From the NCBI RefSeq assembly GCF_001447785.1, contig NW_015162102.1, forward strand, positions 3,615 through 67,614: DNA of 64,000 nucleotides. Reading direction: 5' to 3'. Under the pieces are notes generated by a model, which ran no database searches, was not told where the DNA came from, and worked only from the letters and a program-made list of their open reading frames with translations. The stretch comes from Gekko japonicus. Lineage: Eukaryota. Shown here piece by piece: positions 45,981 through 59,364 of the stretch (positions within the stretch are counted from its first letter, which is position 1; the number at the start of each line of letters is the position of its first letter). The position numbers and the translations under genes are program-made.

Positions 45981-46858
45981 TAACAGCGGTACTTCCTTTT
46001 TAATATTCATCATCCTTAGCAAGTTGCAAAACTTCTGCCCTACTAAATACCATCTTCTGCAGAGAAGAAGAAATCCACAGATGTTTGTGATAAAATCTTG
46101 CCAAGTCATCATGTGATGAAGATCTGACATGAAGGTAATAACAAACTTTGAAACCCGCTGATAAAGACGTCACTTGATGAAGAATGCACCCATCACTGTA
46201 AATGATTAACTGAAGGCTGGTCTATCATGTAGCAAAAAATTACGCGAGATGTACAGCTTAACAAGAGATGATTATCTGCAAGATAAATTGCAGGCTCCAC
46301 AGTGAAAGTTTAAAGCAATAAGAGACCCAAATCCAGCACAACAGCATCGATGTCAAGAGGCCCCATGGTAATTTAGTCATTTTTAGTAATTTCATTGCAT
46401 GTAAAGGTCCTCATAATCTGAGGCCCTAACCTGTTGCTTACTTAGCCTGTACAAAAATCCGGCATGGGTGGGAGGGGGGAGAGTGCAAACAAACCCTTCT
46501 GTAGGCTACAAATGGATACCCATCCCTGTATCTAAATGTGTATATAGCCCAGTATACATGACAGCCCCACATATTCACTGAATTCCCGGGGATGGAGAGA
46601 AGGTGCAAATGTGCTTGCCTGGTTGTCTGCAGGGGCCACCACATGGAGCAAGTGGCCACTCTCCCTCCTCATGATTAGCAATGTTTGTAAAGCAGCATTC
46701 CTCATAATGGGATGGGGCACGCAGACAGCCAGTTCTTCTGCACAGTTACATCCTACAGATGACCAGGCAATTGCACAGAGGTAGGACTCGGAGGGTAATT
46801 CACACTCAGACCCATGCTCCCTCCCCGCACGTTCAGTAAATGAGTGGGGCTGTCATGT

Positions 46859-47150
46859 GAGAGCCAGTTTGGTGTAGTGGTTAAGTGTGCGGACTCTAAT
46901 CTGGGAGAACCAGGTTTGATTCCCCACTCCTCCACTTGCACCTGCTGGATGACCTTGGGGAAGCCCTGGTTCTGATAGGAGCTGTCCTTGAAAAAGAGCA
47001 GTTTCTGTCAAGAGCTCTCTCAGCCCCACCCACCTCACAGGGTGTCTGCTGTGGGGAGGGGAAGGGAAAGGAGTTTGTAAGCCGCTCTGAGACACCTTTG
47101 GGTAGTGAAGGGCGGGGTCTAAATCCAAAATCTTCTTCTTCTTCTTCTTC
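46859..47150 (+). mobile_element. Squam3-type SINE, full length
   Basis: GAGAGCCAGTTTGGTGTAGTGGTTAAG..GGTTTGATTCCCC..(TTC)n. Confidence 0.92.
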
Positions 47151-48594
47151 TACTAGGATAAAGTTTCTCCCCATCAAATTCCTGGATACAGTACTAGTCA
47201 TCGCCACCAATCTTTTCATAGAGGTATCTATAGGCCAAGCAGTTAATGCAGAGGTCTCAATTCATTGCTGCATTATATTGCCAGTAATCTGAAATCATTC
47301 CCTTCCTGCATCTTCTGCAAGTTAAAATTTGCTGACAGAAAAAAGAGGACAGGCAAATTTGCATTCTTCCCTGCAGACCCCTGACCCACATGGCTCTTAG
47401 TCGACATGGGTCCCACGGTAATCAGCTTCCCTTGGGAACTGCTGGGGGGGGGAAATGACAAAAATCCACATCTGCCAGTAATTTCTGTTAACAAATCACT
47501 GGATCTAATTCAGTCTATATTTTCAACTTTTTTTGGTCAAATGTAAGGTTCCTTGATAACTTCCAATGTCTTTCCATTTTTACTGTCCTCATTTGGATTC
47601 TTTTCTTTTACTTAGAAATTCTACCACGCAGTAAGACGGCTCTGTAGACCACCCAAGCAAAATGTGATCACATTGCAGCAATTTGCTGGCAATTTAAATA
47701 AAGACATTGTATTAGAATTGTCACAATAATGCCCTTTCTTGTAAGAATATCTTCATGTGCATGGGTATAACAGAGAACAACAGACCGCCAAGATAGCACA
47801 TTTGAAGTCATGCTATGAAATTTACAGCACATCAGGCTGGAGCTCTCAGCAAAAGGCCGGATCTAAGTTTTACTTTTCTGCTTACCAGCTGAACAGAGCA
47901 CTAGCTAATGAAGTAGCAGTCCGAAGTTACTTCAAGTGTGAAGCTTATTTGAGAAGATATGGAACTAGTTTGCTCTCTGGAGATCAGCTTCTTGGCATTT
48001 CTAGCTGAATCAACCTATCAATTAATCTCACTTCATTGATTATCTTTTCCTGCAGGTGCTCTAATTAACATGTCAGGCAGAATTCAGGCTCCACATTTCA
48101 AGTCAACTATTTCAAATGTGACTATTGTAAGACTAAGAAACTATGAAACCATTGTACAATATTTAAAAAACCCAAACCCAAATGAGAGATGGACCTTGAG
48201 AGTTCAAAATCTAATTAATCTGGGAATTTTGCAATTGGTGTGAATTTGGGAAGCACCAGTAATGATTCTGGGTTGTCTCCATTCTCCCTGTTTGTCATTA
48301 ATCTCGATCCCCATTTTACCAGAGCCTGACTTCACATAGCTAAGTGGTTTGGTGGAACCTGTATCCCTTTTATAATTATATAAGGCTATAAAACAAATTT
48401 GTTTAACATGAATACTGGATAATTCCAACGTGACTCAATTAATGGCCGCTATTGTACTTTTGGTTTTGCTTTTTAAACACCAGCCCATGCACACACACAT
48501 TCTTAAGGGCTCCAGCTGTGGTACCAACAGATGAATCGACCTATTAGCTAACTAAGTCATTCTTGCCACATTTGTCTGCAGTATCTGCAATGCT

Positions 48595-48941
48595 TTCTCC
48601 AGTGCTCTCCCTTGGACTGCAAGAAGATCAAATCAGTCAATCCTAAAAGAAATGAACCCTGACTGTTCCCTGGAAGGCCAGATAATGAAAATGAAGCTCA
48701 AATACTTTGGCCACCAAATGAGAAGGGAGCACTCACTGGAGAAGACCCTGATGCTGGGAAAGATTGAAGGTCAAAGAAGACGGGGACGGCAAAGGATGAG
48801 ATGTTAGACAGTGTCATAGATGCAACGAACATGAAATTGAGCAAACTTCAGAGGACGGCGGAAGACAGGAAGGCCTGGCGGGATCTGGTCCATGGGGTCG
48901 CGAAGAGTCGGACTCGACTGTGTGACTGAACAACAACAGCA
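48595..48941 (+). mobile_element. BovB (RTE) LINE 3' fragment
   Basis: PWTARRSNQSILKE..LKYFGH..LEKTLMLGKIEG, tail GACTGAACAACAACA, approximate TSD ATCTGCA(A/G)TGCT. Confidence 0.92.
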
Positions 48942-49320
48942 ATCTGCAGTGCTGGAAACAGTATGAGTTTTCCCTTCAACAGAACTGAAGCTGCCTATGA
49001 ACAGGATTGCAGTCACTGTCAGTCTCCACTGCTGTCCTACTGACCTTACTCAGATTGGAGACCCTTGCTATTATCTCAGTTTGACAAACTGAATATACAA
49101 AAAGGGATATGCATATACTCAATGCCCCAAATCCATTTTGTAGTGGGTTTGTGAGCTCTGCATCGAAAGAATGACTGAAAATAGGCTAATTTGTATTTCT
49201 GGATGGTTGATATTGGTACATCGCCAAGGATGGTCTTTTCATGTGCCCACTGTTTGTCTCTCATCTTTCTGTCATGTTTTTATCCCACTCTCCCTCCAAA
49301 GAGCCCAGGGTGGCCCACAT

Positions 49321-49526
49321 CAGTGTTCCCTCTAAGCTGAGTTAGTGTGAGCTAGCTCACAGTTTTTTAGCCTCCAGCTCACACATTTTTGTCTCAGCTC
49401 AGGAAGGAGGGCTCCAGAGCAAACTAATTTATGCAGCAGCCAAATTGCTCGCTCACAACTTTAATGCCAGTAACTCACACAGTAGAATTTTTGCTCACAA
49501 GACTCCACAGCTTAGAGGGAACATTG
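49321..49526 (+). mobile_element. hAT MITE inserted in a MIR-like SINE (about 49275-49705, minus)
   Basis: TIRs CAGTGTTCCCTCTAAG / CTTAGAGGGAACATTG and perfect TSD GCCCACAT. Confidence 0.9.
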
Positions 49527-50204
49527 GCCCACATGGTTCTCCACTCCTCCACTTTATCCTCACAACAACACAGTCAGGTACTTCTAGACTGAGAGTGAGT
49601 GACTGTCCCAATGCGAGTCCAGTGAGTTTTATGGCTCAGGGAGGATCTGAACCCAGGTCTCCTCAGTTCCAGTACAACACTAAAACCACTACTTTATCAC
49701 ATAGCCTCTTGTTGCACATGCAGTATTATAGACATCGTCCAATAGTTTATAGAGATGATGTGGGATGTCTTTTATAGTTAACGACAATCCACCCTTTCAC
49801 TGGTTGCATATCTGTGCTTTGCATGGTGGTTTCACTGCAGGGCGGCTAAACAGAGTGAGATATTTAAAAGCTTTCAGAATAAACAAAAATAAAACTCAGC
49901 TTTTATATGTCATCTGCTGCCTAAAAGGGATGCCACAGTATTTCTTTCATATCCATGACAAAATTGACAGAAGCATAAGGTCACAAGTTCTGAAACGATG
50001 ACAAAGCTCTTATGACAATCAATTCAATACCAAGTAATCCTTGGCTTTCTGATTTGCTGCCTCAGTTTGAGCCTCTGAAGATCAGCTGAAAGTTTTTCAC
50101 AGCACACACTGTGGGATGGGGAGTAAGTGACAGAGTTAGAACAGAGTTAGAAAATTTAGATCATGTGAAAGATTGATTGCAGTAATTGGAAGGGAGGAGT
50201 TAAA

Positions 50205-50554
50205 GGAGCTGCGGTGGCTCAAGTGGTTAAGATGCTGAACTGCAGGCCGTAGAAGGTTGGTAGTTCAGCAGTTCGAGACCCGAGTGTGCCGCATGACGGA
50301 GTGAGCTCCCGTCTCTAGTTCCAGCTCCTGCCCACCTAGCAGTTCGAAAGCAAGAAATTGCAAGTAGATAAATAGGTACCACTTTGGTGGGAAGGAAACA
50401 GCGTTCCGTGCGCCTTGGCGTTTAGTCATGCCAGCCACATGACCACGGAAACGTCTTCAGACAGCGCTGGCTCTTCGGCTTTGAAACGGAGATGAGCAAC
50501 GCAACCCTAGAGTCGGATTTGACTGGCTTTCGAGCAAGGGAACCTTTACCTTTA
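50205..50554 (+). mobile_element. Sauria SINE, full length
   Basis: GGAGCTGCGGTGGCTCAAGTGGTTAAG..GTTCGAGACC..AATAGGTACC..(ACCTTT)2 tail. Confidence 0.92.
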
Positions 50555-51112
50555 CTAGAGTGCACATTAGCACTGTTTTCCAGTCAACTCCCTTCACGAA
50601 TGTAGAAATGGCAGTCGGAACAGTGCTGTCACTTGTGTTGAGGAGAAGGTCCACAGAAAACATCTAAGGGGACTACTGGAGTTACGAGAAGGAACCTCCC
50701 TGAGCTTACCAACAAGCTCAAGTTGTTAAAATAAATTCATGGACTGCACAGCTCCATTGCTCACCAACGGAGCAATTTGAAATTCTTTGCTGACCATACA
50801 ATGAACTACCCTTGCCTCATGAAAGAAATGGGCATTATGAACATGGGAATTTGATTTTAAAGTATGCTATTTGGAAGAATGACAGAATCACTACTCTTAA
50901 GCACTCACAAGCTGAATGACTGGCTGTAAGTTGAGAAGGCTCCTCTGGGAGATGATGGATTTTGGCCGGTCACTAACAGATCTCTCTGCAACTTCTGGTG
51001 GTTCCGAAAGTCCCCATCAGCTATTTTGGTGGGAGGGCCTACAATATATCCAATTAAGATTGGGATGGCCTTGAAGGAAATTCTAGATGCACTGAGATGA
51101 AGTATGATGATT

Positions 51113-51815
51113 AGGAATGTGCATTTGGCATAAGCTGAACCAAATAAATACTTGAAAAATACCTTACCAGGTTTTGGGGGGGCATTTATTCAGCCAAATC
51201 AGATTCTCCAATCTGGGTGCATTCACCAAGCTGCTGACCATTTAAACCTAACAGCTGACAGGCGGTCCATTGTCAGCTGGTACGTTTAAATGACTGGCAG
51301 CTATTTCAGCACTCTGTTTGGCTCCCCCCCCACACACTCTGAAGGGAGGGGGAGCAAAAAGAAGTACTGAAATGCCTTCCTGATCTATCTTTTCTTTCCC
51401 CAGCTGCCTCACCACAATGGGTCAACTGGGAAAGGGAAAGGAGCTCCTGTCGGTTCCTGAAACTGACCATTGCCTTCCATTCCCTAGGCAATCCACCATG
51501 GTGGGCCATGGTGGGCCAGGTGGGGAAGGGAAAGAGAGCATTTAAAGATGCCTCCCCACCCCCATCTGTCTTCCCTTCCCCAGCTGGCTGTTTGGGGAAG
51601 GGAAGGAAGATCCTGTCAGTTTCAGTCCTCTCTACTTGTAAAACAGAGGGGACTGAAACTGACCACTGTTTTCCTTTCTCCAGCCAGGCCAGCTGGGGAA
51701 GGGAAGGAAGATCCTGTAAGTTTCAGTCCTCTCTGCTTCCAAGTGGAGAGGGCTGAAACTGACCATTGCTTTCCCTCTCCTAGCCACCTGCCACAGCGGA
51801 GCAGCTTGGGGAGGG
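51113..51815 (+). mobile_element. hAT-like non-autonomous element (TAGG.ATGTGC terminus) with internal repeats
   Basis: TAGGAATGTGCA start and repeated GGGAAGGGAAGGAAGATCCTGT..CTGAAACTGACCA modules. Confidence 0.5.
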
Positions 51816-51817
51816 GA

Positions 51818-52117
51818 GAGAGAGAGAGAGAGAGAGAGAGAAGAGATTGGTTTTATACCCCACCCTTCACTACCCAGAGGTGTTTCAGAGCGGCTTACAA
51901 ACTCCTTTCCCTTCCCCTCCCCACAACAGACACCCTGTGAGGTAGGTGGGGCTGAGAGAGCTCTTGACAGAAACTGCTCTTTTTCAAGAACAGCTCTTAT
52001 CAGAACTAAGACTTGCCCAAGGTCATCCAGCCAGGTGCAAGTGGAGGAGTGGGGAATCAAACCCGGTTCTCCCAGATTAGAGTCCGCGCACTTAACCACT
52101 ACACCAAACTGGCTCTC
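51818..52117 (-). mobile_element. Squam3-type SINE with (TC)n tail
   Basis: Near-identical to the other Squam3 copies, with (GA)n at 51818-51840. Confidence 0.9.
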
Positions 52118-53962
52118 TGGAGAGAGAAGGCATGTAAATGCTTTGTATTCCGTCTCCGAATCGCCCCGCTGCAGCATTGAGTTACAAAATTTGCAAGAAA
52201 TCCACATTTCCAAAATAAATAAAAATGGTAAAATAATGTGCATTTCTGTATTTAACCTTATAGCAGGATGTGTAGATGGTCAACAAAGAATTTGAAATTC
52301 CCTGAGTTGTCTCTCCACTTCGCAGCTAAGCTGACATTTTCTTTCCAATTTCAACTGATGTATGCAAAAGACCTATAGGTTTGACCACAGGATGGAACAA
52401 GATATATGTTGGTTACAGGGTTGCTGCAGAAAACAGCAGCCACGTACCCAGGTCTTCCTTTCTTAGAACATTTAGAAATGAAAACACATGACATCACCAT
52501 TTAGATTTCAGTTTGTCAGGCAACGCTTTAAGCAACTGCATCCTTGCCAGAGCATCCACATAATGTCAAAGCCCTTTATGGTAACCAGAGTTACATAATA
52601 TAGTAGCAGCAAGACAGCATGCAAGAGATGCTTCAGTCAATTTCAATGTAATGACCATGATGTGTAGACCCAGTTTTAGTACTCAAGGTTAAGGTAGTAT
52701 GGATATGTACAATCTCTTCATGGCTGAGATTATTTTAGTCATAGCATTCCATTTTTGTGTGCTGAATCCCCCCCCCCGGTCTGTAGTCAATTTGTCTACC
52801 AATTCTTAACTTGCTTTCCTTTTAAAATAGCCTAAGAAGGGGGATCAATTTTTTAAAAAATAGCCCATGAAATGAGTTGATGCAAGCTTGATTTATTCCT
52901 GGAATATTTAGGTTATGACTGAATTAAGATTACTCTAGTTTTATATCGTGGAGTCTTTTTTTTATTTGAATTTTAAATGCCGTTGCTGAATGCCCAGACT
53001 AAGTTAAAAAATGCATGCAAATACCTGAAGCCTTCATGGGGTCTGATCCAGCAGGCAACTAGGAAAGACTTGGCTGTGCAAAGCATCCTCCATCCTCATC
53101 TGTACAAGAAGATCCAAAAAGGACTTGGCAGGTGGCACACATTATTTTTCAAAGGAGATGAGAATGACTTGGTGAAAATTGAATAAAAATCTTATTTGCT
53201 TCAGTCTCAAAATGTTTGCTCAAAAGTAAATCCCAGTGATTTCAGGGGAATCTATTTCTGAGGAAATGTCTTTGTGCTGGAAAGTAACATTGCACTTTCA
53301 GTGTACTATCACTCTTCAGTGATATTAATGCATTCCACTTATAAGTCAACCCTAAACAAAAGTACTTTGAAGGAAGTTCTGTTGAATTTAGTGGTACTTG
53401 TGCCCATACAAGTGTACTTAGGTTTGGATCCAAGCGATCTATAGATTCAGTGCTTTTGAATTTAGCTCTCCAGAGATTAAATGCTGCTCCTAACGCTACA
53501 AAATTCATGCAAAGAAAGATTTCAGATAGTAGGTGGTAAGAGGTGTAGGAGGAAAGGTACAATGGTTCAGGTTTGTAAATCAGCATTTGTATATGTTTTC
53601 CCAAGGCGTCCCCAAAACAATACACAGTTTCTCTTCAACAAGACACACTGGTTTTTAAACCAGCTTTACAAAAACACCCCAAAGGGTTGTGAAAGCCTCT
53701 CTTAAATCCAGCTATTCCTGCTCTCTTTACAAGCATTTTTGCTCTCAAAAATTGCACTTCCCCCCCGCCCCATCCTTTGTAAAAAGGTAAAAAACTAATC
53801 ATAAGGAGGTGAATGCTGGGACAAAGAAATAATGGGTTGCTGTTAGGGATGGACGTGAACCAGGTCACAAACGTGACAAATTTTGGCCGGCTCATGGTTT
53901 GCGAACTGAAGTTCGTGGCAGGTGAGCTGGCACAAACTTTCCATGAACTTTCAAGCAGTTCA

Positions 53963-54851
53963 AATGTGGGAGGCTGAAAGGGCATCTTGAAGGAAGCGGA
54001 TTACGATGGATTGTGCAGTGGACCAGCAAGAAAGTGATAAACCACCAGACTTATGGAGAACTTTTAAACTTTCCTCTTGTGTCAACAATGATGCAATGAG
54101 CAGAAAAAATGGCACTGAAAACGAAACTTAAAACAGGAACGGCCAGCACATCACCGCTGGCTACCAGACCGGAAGCAAACACAGACTTTCCCAAACTGAC
54201 TGCTGCACCTTTATGCCCTCTACTGGACCAGATGACCAACTTCAGTGACAAGCTGGATATGTTGCAAAAGGAACTCAAATTTCAGCGAGAAAGAAACAAA
54301 GGAGATGTTCCTGAACAACAACAGAAAGCGGGAGAAGGACCTGAGAAAGTGGAGGTGAATAAAGACGTGGAAAAAGAAGATGAAGAGAAGGATGGGAAAG
54401 ACTCTGATATCATCTTGATTAGTCTGGCAAAACCCTTTGATTTGAAGCAGAACTAGGGGCTGCTACCTCTAAAGCATTTAAAAACTAATTTGGACTTTGA
54501 CAGGAGGAGAGGAAAATGTAACACAGCTTAATTTCAATAGCCTGATGTTTATTCTTAACGCATAACTCTAAACCAATGATATTTACACGATAGCATTTAT
54601 TGTCAACGTATAATTTTAAAATTAAGATGCACAGCTACAACCAAATATGTTTCTGATTGTTTGCCTTTTAATTTGATATTTTTATAGTGATATCTCTCAC
54701 GCTTTATTATTTTGATAAAAGAGATGCATCAACAATTTTAAACCTCTGTAATAATGATCCTTGTTACTTTAGTTTTAGGTTGTTCCCATCCCCCGACCCT
54801 GTAGTATTGTAGTTTAGAAAAGCAATAAAAATGTTTAAAAACAAAACAAAA
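53963..54851 (+). mobile_element. Short L1-mobilised retroposon (HAL1-like or internally deleted L1) with a 115-aa ORF
   Basis: Perfect 17-bp TSD AACTTTCAAGCAGTTCA (53946-53962, 54852-54868), AATAAA + A-rich tail, ORF 54109-54456. Confidence 0.75.
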
Positions 54852-55689
54852 AACTTTCAAGCAGTTCATGGCAGTTCATGAATGGATATGTTTTCAGACA
54901 GACTTTCTCTGATCCATCAAAATGTTTACCAAAGTTCAAAGCAACAGGGGGTAGAGTTCTACAGCCTTGGAAGCACCAGTAGGGATCCTCCAAAGCTTAA
55001 CAAGCACTGCTGGCTGTCAATAACAGACTTTCCATTCTGCTCTATGGGATCACAATGCTATTATATACCCTCAGCTCAGCCCTGCACCCATCCCTCTGTT
55101 GGGTGTTGGCAGTCAGAAAGCCAGGGAACTTGTTAAAAGTACTGTGAACACCTCTCCCCTGGTGGGTGTTAGGCGGACTCAGGGCTCTGAGCCATCCCAT
55201 CTCTCTGCTCACACCGAGCAGAGGGGCTTAGCTACTAGGTGCCTCAGCTGAGAACCCACATTTATACCACCCCACCCCTCCTGATTGTGAGCACCTCTGT
55301 GCCAACATGCTGGCAGTGGTGAAGGCTGTGCTCATCAAGGGCATCATCTGCCTGGTGCACATGCTTCACGTGGTCTGTACAAGCTGGCCTGTATCTGTGA
55401 CCCCTGGATAAAAGGCAGCACTGCTCTTGGGAATGAAGAGCTCATGCAATGGAAGCTTGAGCTCAGCAAAGAAGTATGGAGGCTACAGGCCAACAGATGT
55501 GGCCAGAGGGAACAGCAGGTGGAAGAGGATAGGGAGGAGGAGGAAGAAGAGAGGAGGAGAGGGGGAACTGCAGCCCAGCGCCTCTGCCTCGAAGAGCCCA
55601 ACCAGGGAGAAGTCACACTGCTGGTTGTCAGTGGTGAACTGGGAGGTCAGCAGCGGTGGGGATGCCAGGTGTGTAATGGTGGAGGATTT

Positions 55690-55981
55690 GGAAGAGGTGA
55701 TGGTGAGGGAGTACCTCACTGAGTCTCCTGAGCCTGCTGACACTGATACCCTGGAGTACTGGTCACACAAGCCTGTCATCTGGCCCAATGTATCTTGTGT
55801 GGCCATAAGTCTCCCCTCCTGCCCTCTCACCACTGTCGAGAGTGAGCGGGTGTTCCCCCACCTGGGAAACATTCACAGCCCCAACCACTGCTGCCTGGAC
55901 CTGGCCAGGATGGACAAGTTGGCCTTCCTGAAGGTCAACCTCCCCATGCTGGGCGACCTCGCTCTGGATCTCACAGACTAA
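55690..55981 (+). pseudogene. hAT transposase dimerisation (hATC) domain relic
   Basis: EYL..DTLEYW..WPNVSCVAISLPSCPLTTVESERVF..LAFLKVN. Confidence 0.85.
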
Positions 55982-56530
55982 GAGCTAGGCTTCCTGTTGT
56001 CCCCTTATTCCTCTTCCTTTCTGAATGTTCCCGCATGTGGCCTGTGGGTTGTGCCCAAGGTGCTTGGGTGGGAAAATGGCCACCTCTCCTAGGTGGGGGT
56101 GGGTTGGCCTACACCCAAACCTTACTCACTGAAATTCCCCCAACTGAGAAAACCTCTGGATACTCCCCTTTACTTTCACACTCAAAAGAAAATCTCTACC
56201 AACCTGATACCTGCTTCATGAAACATCTACCCCATAAAACAACACCGACCTCATGGAACAACATTCACCTCAGCAAACATCTGCCTGTACAAGCAAACCC
56301 TTGTTTGACTAACCCTTTCCACTGCATTTGTACAATTCATGACAGGTGATCTCTTATCTATACAGTGTGTTCTACTAATGATTAATAACCAGAAATTTCA
56401 CCTAGGGGTCAGCTGTGACCAGAGGATCTATGTGTTTGGGCCTGAGGGGGCCTGGGAGTGTTGTGGGCATGCTTCGCTGGGTTCCAGTGCTTGTCAGGGG
56501 TCTTTGCCAAGTTGCCATGGAGTTACTTTA

Positions 56531-56860
56531 AAGGTAAAGGTTCCCTTGCTCGAAAGCCAGTCGAATCCGACTCTAGGGTTGCAGTGCACATCTCCGTTTC
56601 AAAGCCGAAGAGCCAGCGCTGTCCAAAGACATTTCCATGGTCATGTGGCCGGCATGACTAACGCTGTTACCTTCCCACCGAAGTGGTCCCTATTTATCTA
56701 CTTGCAATTTCTTGCTTTCGAACTGCTAGGTTGGCAGGAGCTGGAACTAGAGACGGGAGCTCACTCCGTCATGCGGCACCCGGGTCTCGAACTGCTGAAC
56801 TACCGGCCTTCCACAGCCTGCAGTTCAGCGTCTTAACCACTTGAGCCACCGCAGCTCCTA
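56531..56860 (-). mobile_element. Sauria SINE, full length
   Basis: Reverse complement of 50205-50554, 11-bp TSD GAGTTACTTTA. Confidence 0.92.
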
Positions 56861-57361
56861 GAGTTACTTTAGGGGGCCCCTAAAGGGGGGAGGTCTGCCT
56901 TTCTGTCCTTCAGAATCTGCCTTTGCAGACTTGGGGGTGGCCCTGCCAACTCAACATTTGTTTCCATTCCTTTGCTGCATTGAAGAAGAATACACCCTGG
57001 TTGATAGGTGTGCTCTAGACATGTGCGTTTCGGCCCTGGGTGGTGGCTGTGAGAGTTGTGGACACACTTCCCTTGCTTGCATTGTGTGGCTAGGGTGCCT
57101 GCCAAGCTGTCATGGGCTTAACTTTGGAAAGTCTGTTGCCAAGCAGCCACTTTATAAAGCATTTCTACAGACTCTTAAACATGACTGCCAATCTGGATTG
57201 CGAAATAAGTCAGCCAGGGCCATGGACAGAATAGTAGCCATGAGACCGGGCCATTATACTAGACTGAAAGCATGTGCTCTAGCCAAGGGGAACCTCGCGC
57301 TGGAGCAGCGTGCCTAGCCAGATGCGGACCCATGGATTATGATGCCTCTCGCTCCTGCAAC

Positions 57362-58425
57362 TCTGCAGCCAGACCAGTGCCAGAAGGCAAACCGGCTGCC
57401 CTGACTCCACAGAACCAGCAGCAGATCACTTCCAGTCTCTGGCTGGGCAGGGTCTGCCCAGGTGACGTTTCCCTATGAGTTTGGTGTCACTGGCTTGTTC
57501 CTGAACCATTCCATAGACTCCTGTAACTGCCGCTTTCTTATCCAAATAGAGCACTGGGGTGTCTGTAACTGAGACCCCAGAAATATAATCTGCCCCAACC
57601 TGGAGAGATTGTAGAAGAGCAGGCAGCAGGATGAGGCTCCCTTTGTGTTTGGTATGTGTAGCTTGCAGGGAGTCCATTCTATACACATTTGAACCTGTGC
57701 CTGACATTTTCCCCAAAAGCACTTTCCTGGGGTCATCCTCTTTGTGGGGCCACAACTTGGACCCCCAAAGTCCAAACTACACCTAAGTTGGAGGGCATGT
57801 AGAGGAGCCTCATGGGGAGGATCTCCTGTGAGTCTGATCTCTCTAGCTTGCCCAGTCTGCAGCCAGACCAGTGCCAGAAGGCACACCGGCTGCCCTGACT
57901 CCTCCACACACAGAACCAGCAGCAGATCACTTCCAGTCTCTGGCTGGGCAGGGTCTGCCCAGGTGACGTTTCCCTATGAGTTTGGTGTCACTGGCTTGTT
58001 CCTGAACCATTCCATAGACTCCTGTAACTGCCGCTTTCTTATCCAAATAGAGCACTGGGGTGTCTGTAACTGAGACCCCAGAAATATAATCTGCCCCAAC
58101 CTGGAGAGATTGTAGAAGAGCAGGCAGCAGGATGAGGCTCCCTTTGTGTTTGGTATGTGTAGCTTGCAGGGAGTCCATTCTATACACATTTGAACCTGTG
58201 CCTGACATTTCCCCCAAAAGCACTTTTCTGGGGTCATCTTCTTTGTGGGGCCACAACTTGGACCCCACCCCCCAAAGTCCAAACTACACCTAAATTGGAG
58301 GGCATGTAGAGGAGCATCATGGAGAGGATCCCCTGTGAGTCTGATCTCTCTAGCTTGCCCAGGGTCCATTCTATACACTCCTGAACCTGTGCCTGTCATT
58401 TGCCCAGAAAGCACTTTCATGGGAC
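57362..58425 (+). repeat. Tandem duplication of about 500 bp (494 + 507 bp) plus a partial sub-repeat
   Basis: TCTGCAGCCAGACCAGTGCCAGAAGG starts at 57362 and 57856. The units are near-identical with small indels. Confidence 0.92.
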
Positions 58426-58485
58426 CACATTTTTTGGGGGGGGGGGGGTAACTCGGACCCCATCAAGCCAACCCTCACCAAACTT

Positions 58486-59140
58486 NNNNNNNNNNNNNNN
58501 NNNNNNNNNNNNNNNNNNNNNNNNNNNNNNNNNNNNNNNNNNNNNNNNNNNNNNNNNNNNNNNNNNNNNNNNNNNNNNNNNNNNNNNNNNNNNNNNNNNN
58601 NNNNNNNNNNNNNNNNNNNNNNNNNNNNNNNNNNNNNNNNNNNNNNNNNNNNNNNNNNNNNNNNNNNNNNNNNNNNNNNNNNNNNNNNNNNNNNNNNNNN
58701 NNNNNNNNNNNNNNNNNNNNNNNNNNNNNNNNNNNNNNNNNNNNNNNNNNNNNNNNNNNNNNNNNNNNNNNNNNNNNNNNNNNNNNNNNNNNNNNNNNNN
58801 NNNNNNNNNNNNNNNNNNNNNNNNNNNNNNNNNNNNNNNNNNNNNNNNNNNNNNNNNNNNNNNNNNNNNNNNNNNNNNNNNNNNNNNNNNNNNNNNNNNN
58901 NNNNNNNNNNNNNNNNNNNNNNNNNNNNNNNNNNNNNNNNNNNNNNNNNNNNNNNNNNNNNNNNNNNNNNNNNNNNNNNNNNNNNNNNNNNNNNNNNNNN
59001 NNNNNNNNNNNNNNNNNNNNNNNNNNNNNNNNNNNNNNNNNNNNNNNNNNNNNNNNNNNNNNNNNNNNNNNNNNNNNNNNNNNNNNNNNNNNNNNNNNNN
59101 NNNNNNNNNNNNNNNNNNNNNNNNNNNNNNNNNNNNNNNN
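58486..59140. other. Assembly gap
   Basis: Run of N. Confidence 1.
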
Positions 59141-59364
59141 GCCTATACTGATTTATTTCCAATTGCCTTCAATGGGCAAACCTAACTTTTACTAATAAGA
59201 GAGAGGGGACAATGTTTAGTTCTAGCCTCTGTCTCCACAACATGAATAAACCTCTATTACGCCATGCTATGTGTTTTTTTCCTAAACTTAAAAACCCCCT
59301 TTCTCAACAGAACCTCTTGATCTTTTGTTTGCCCTTTTCTCCTTGTCTAATTTCTTTGTTAAGG

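Larger units (their letters stand above)
53844..58480 (+). mobile_element. Degraded hAT transposon with a transposase C-terminal relic and nested insertions
   Basis: TAGGGATG start with GAAC/GTTC subterminal repeats and a hAT dimerisation domain at 55690-55981. The right end is not seen (gap). Confidence 0.55.

Noticed and set aside
46859-46935. tRNA gene
   Set aside because: It is the tRNA-derived head of a SINE. It continues into the SINE body and occurs in several copies.
51400-51800. Spaced direct repeats resembling a CRISPR array
   Set aside because: Eukaryotic DNA, irregular degenerate units and no cas genes. These are internal repeats of a DNA transposon.
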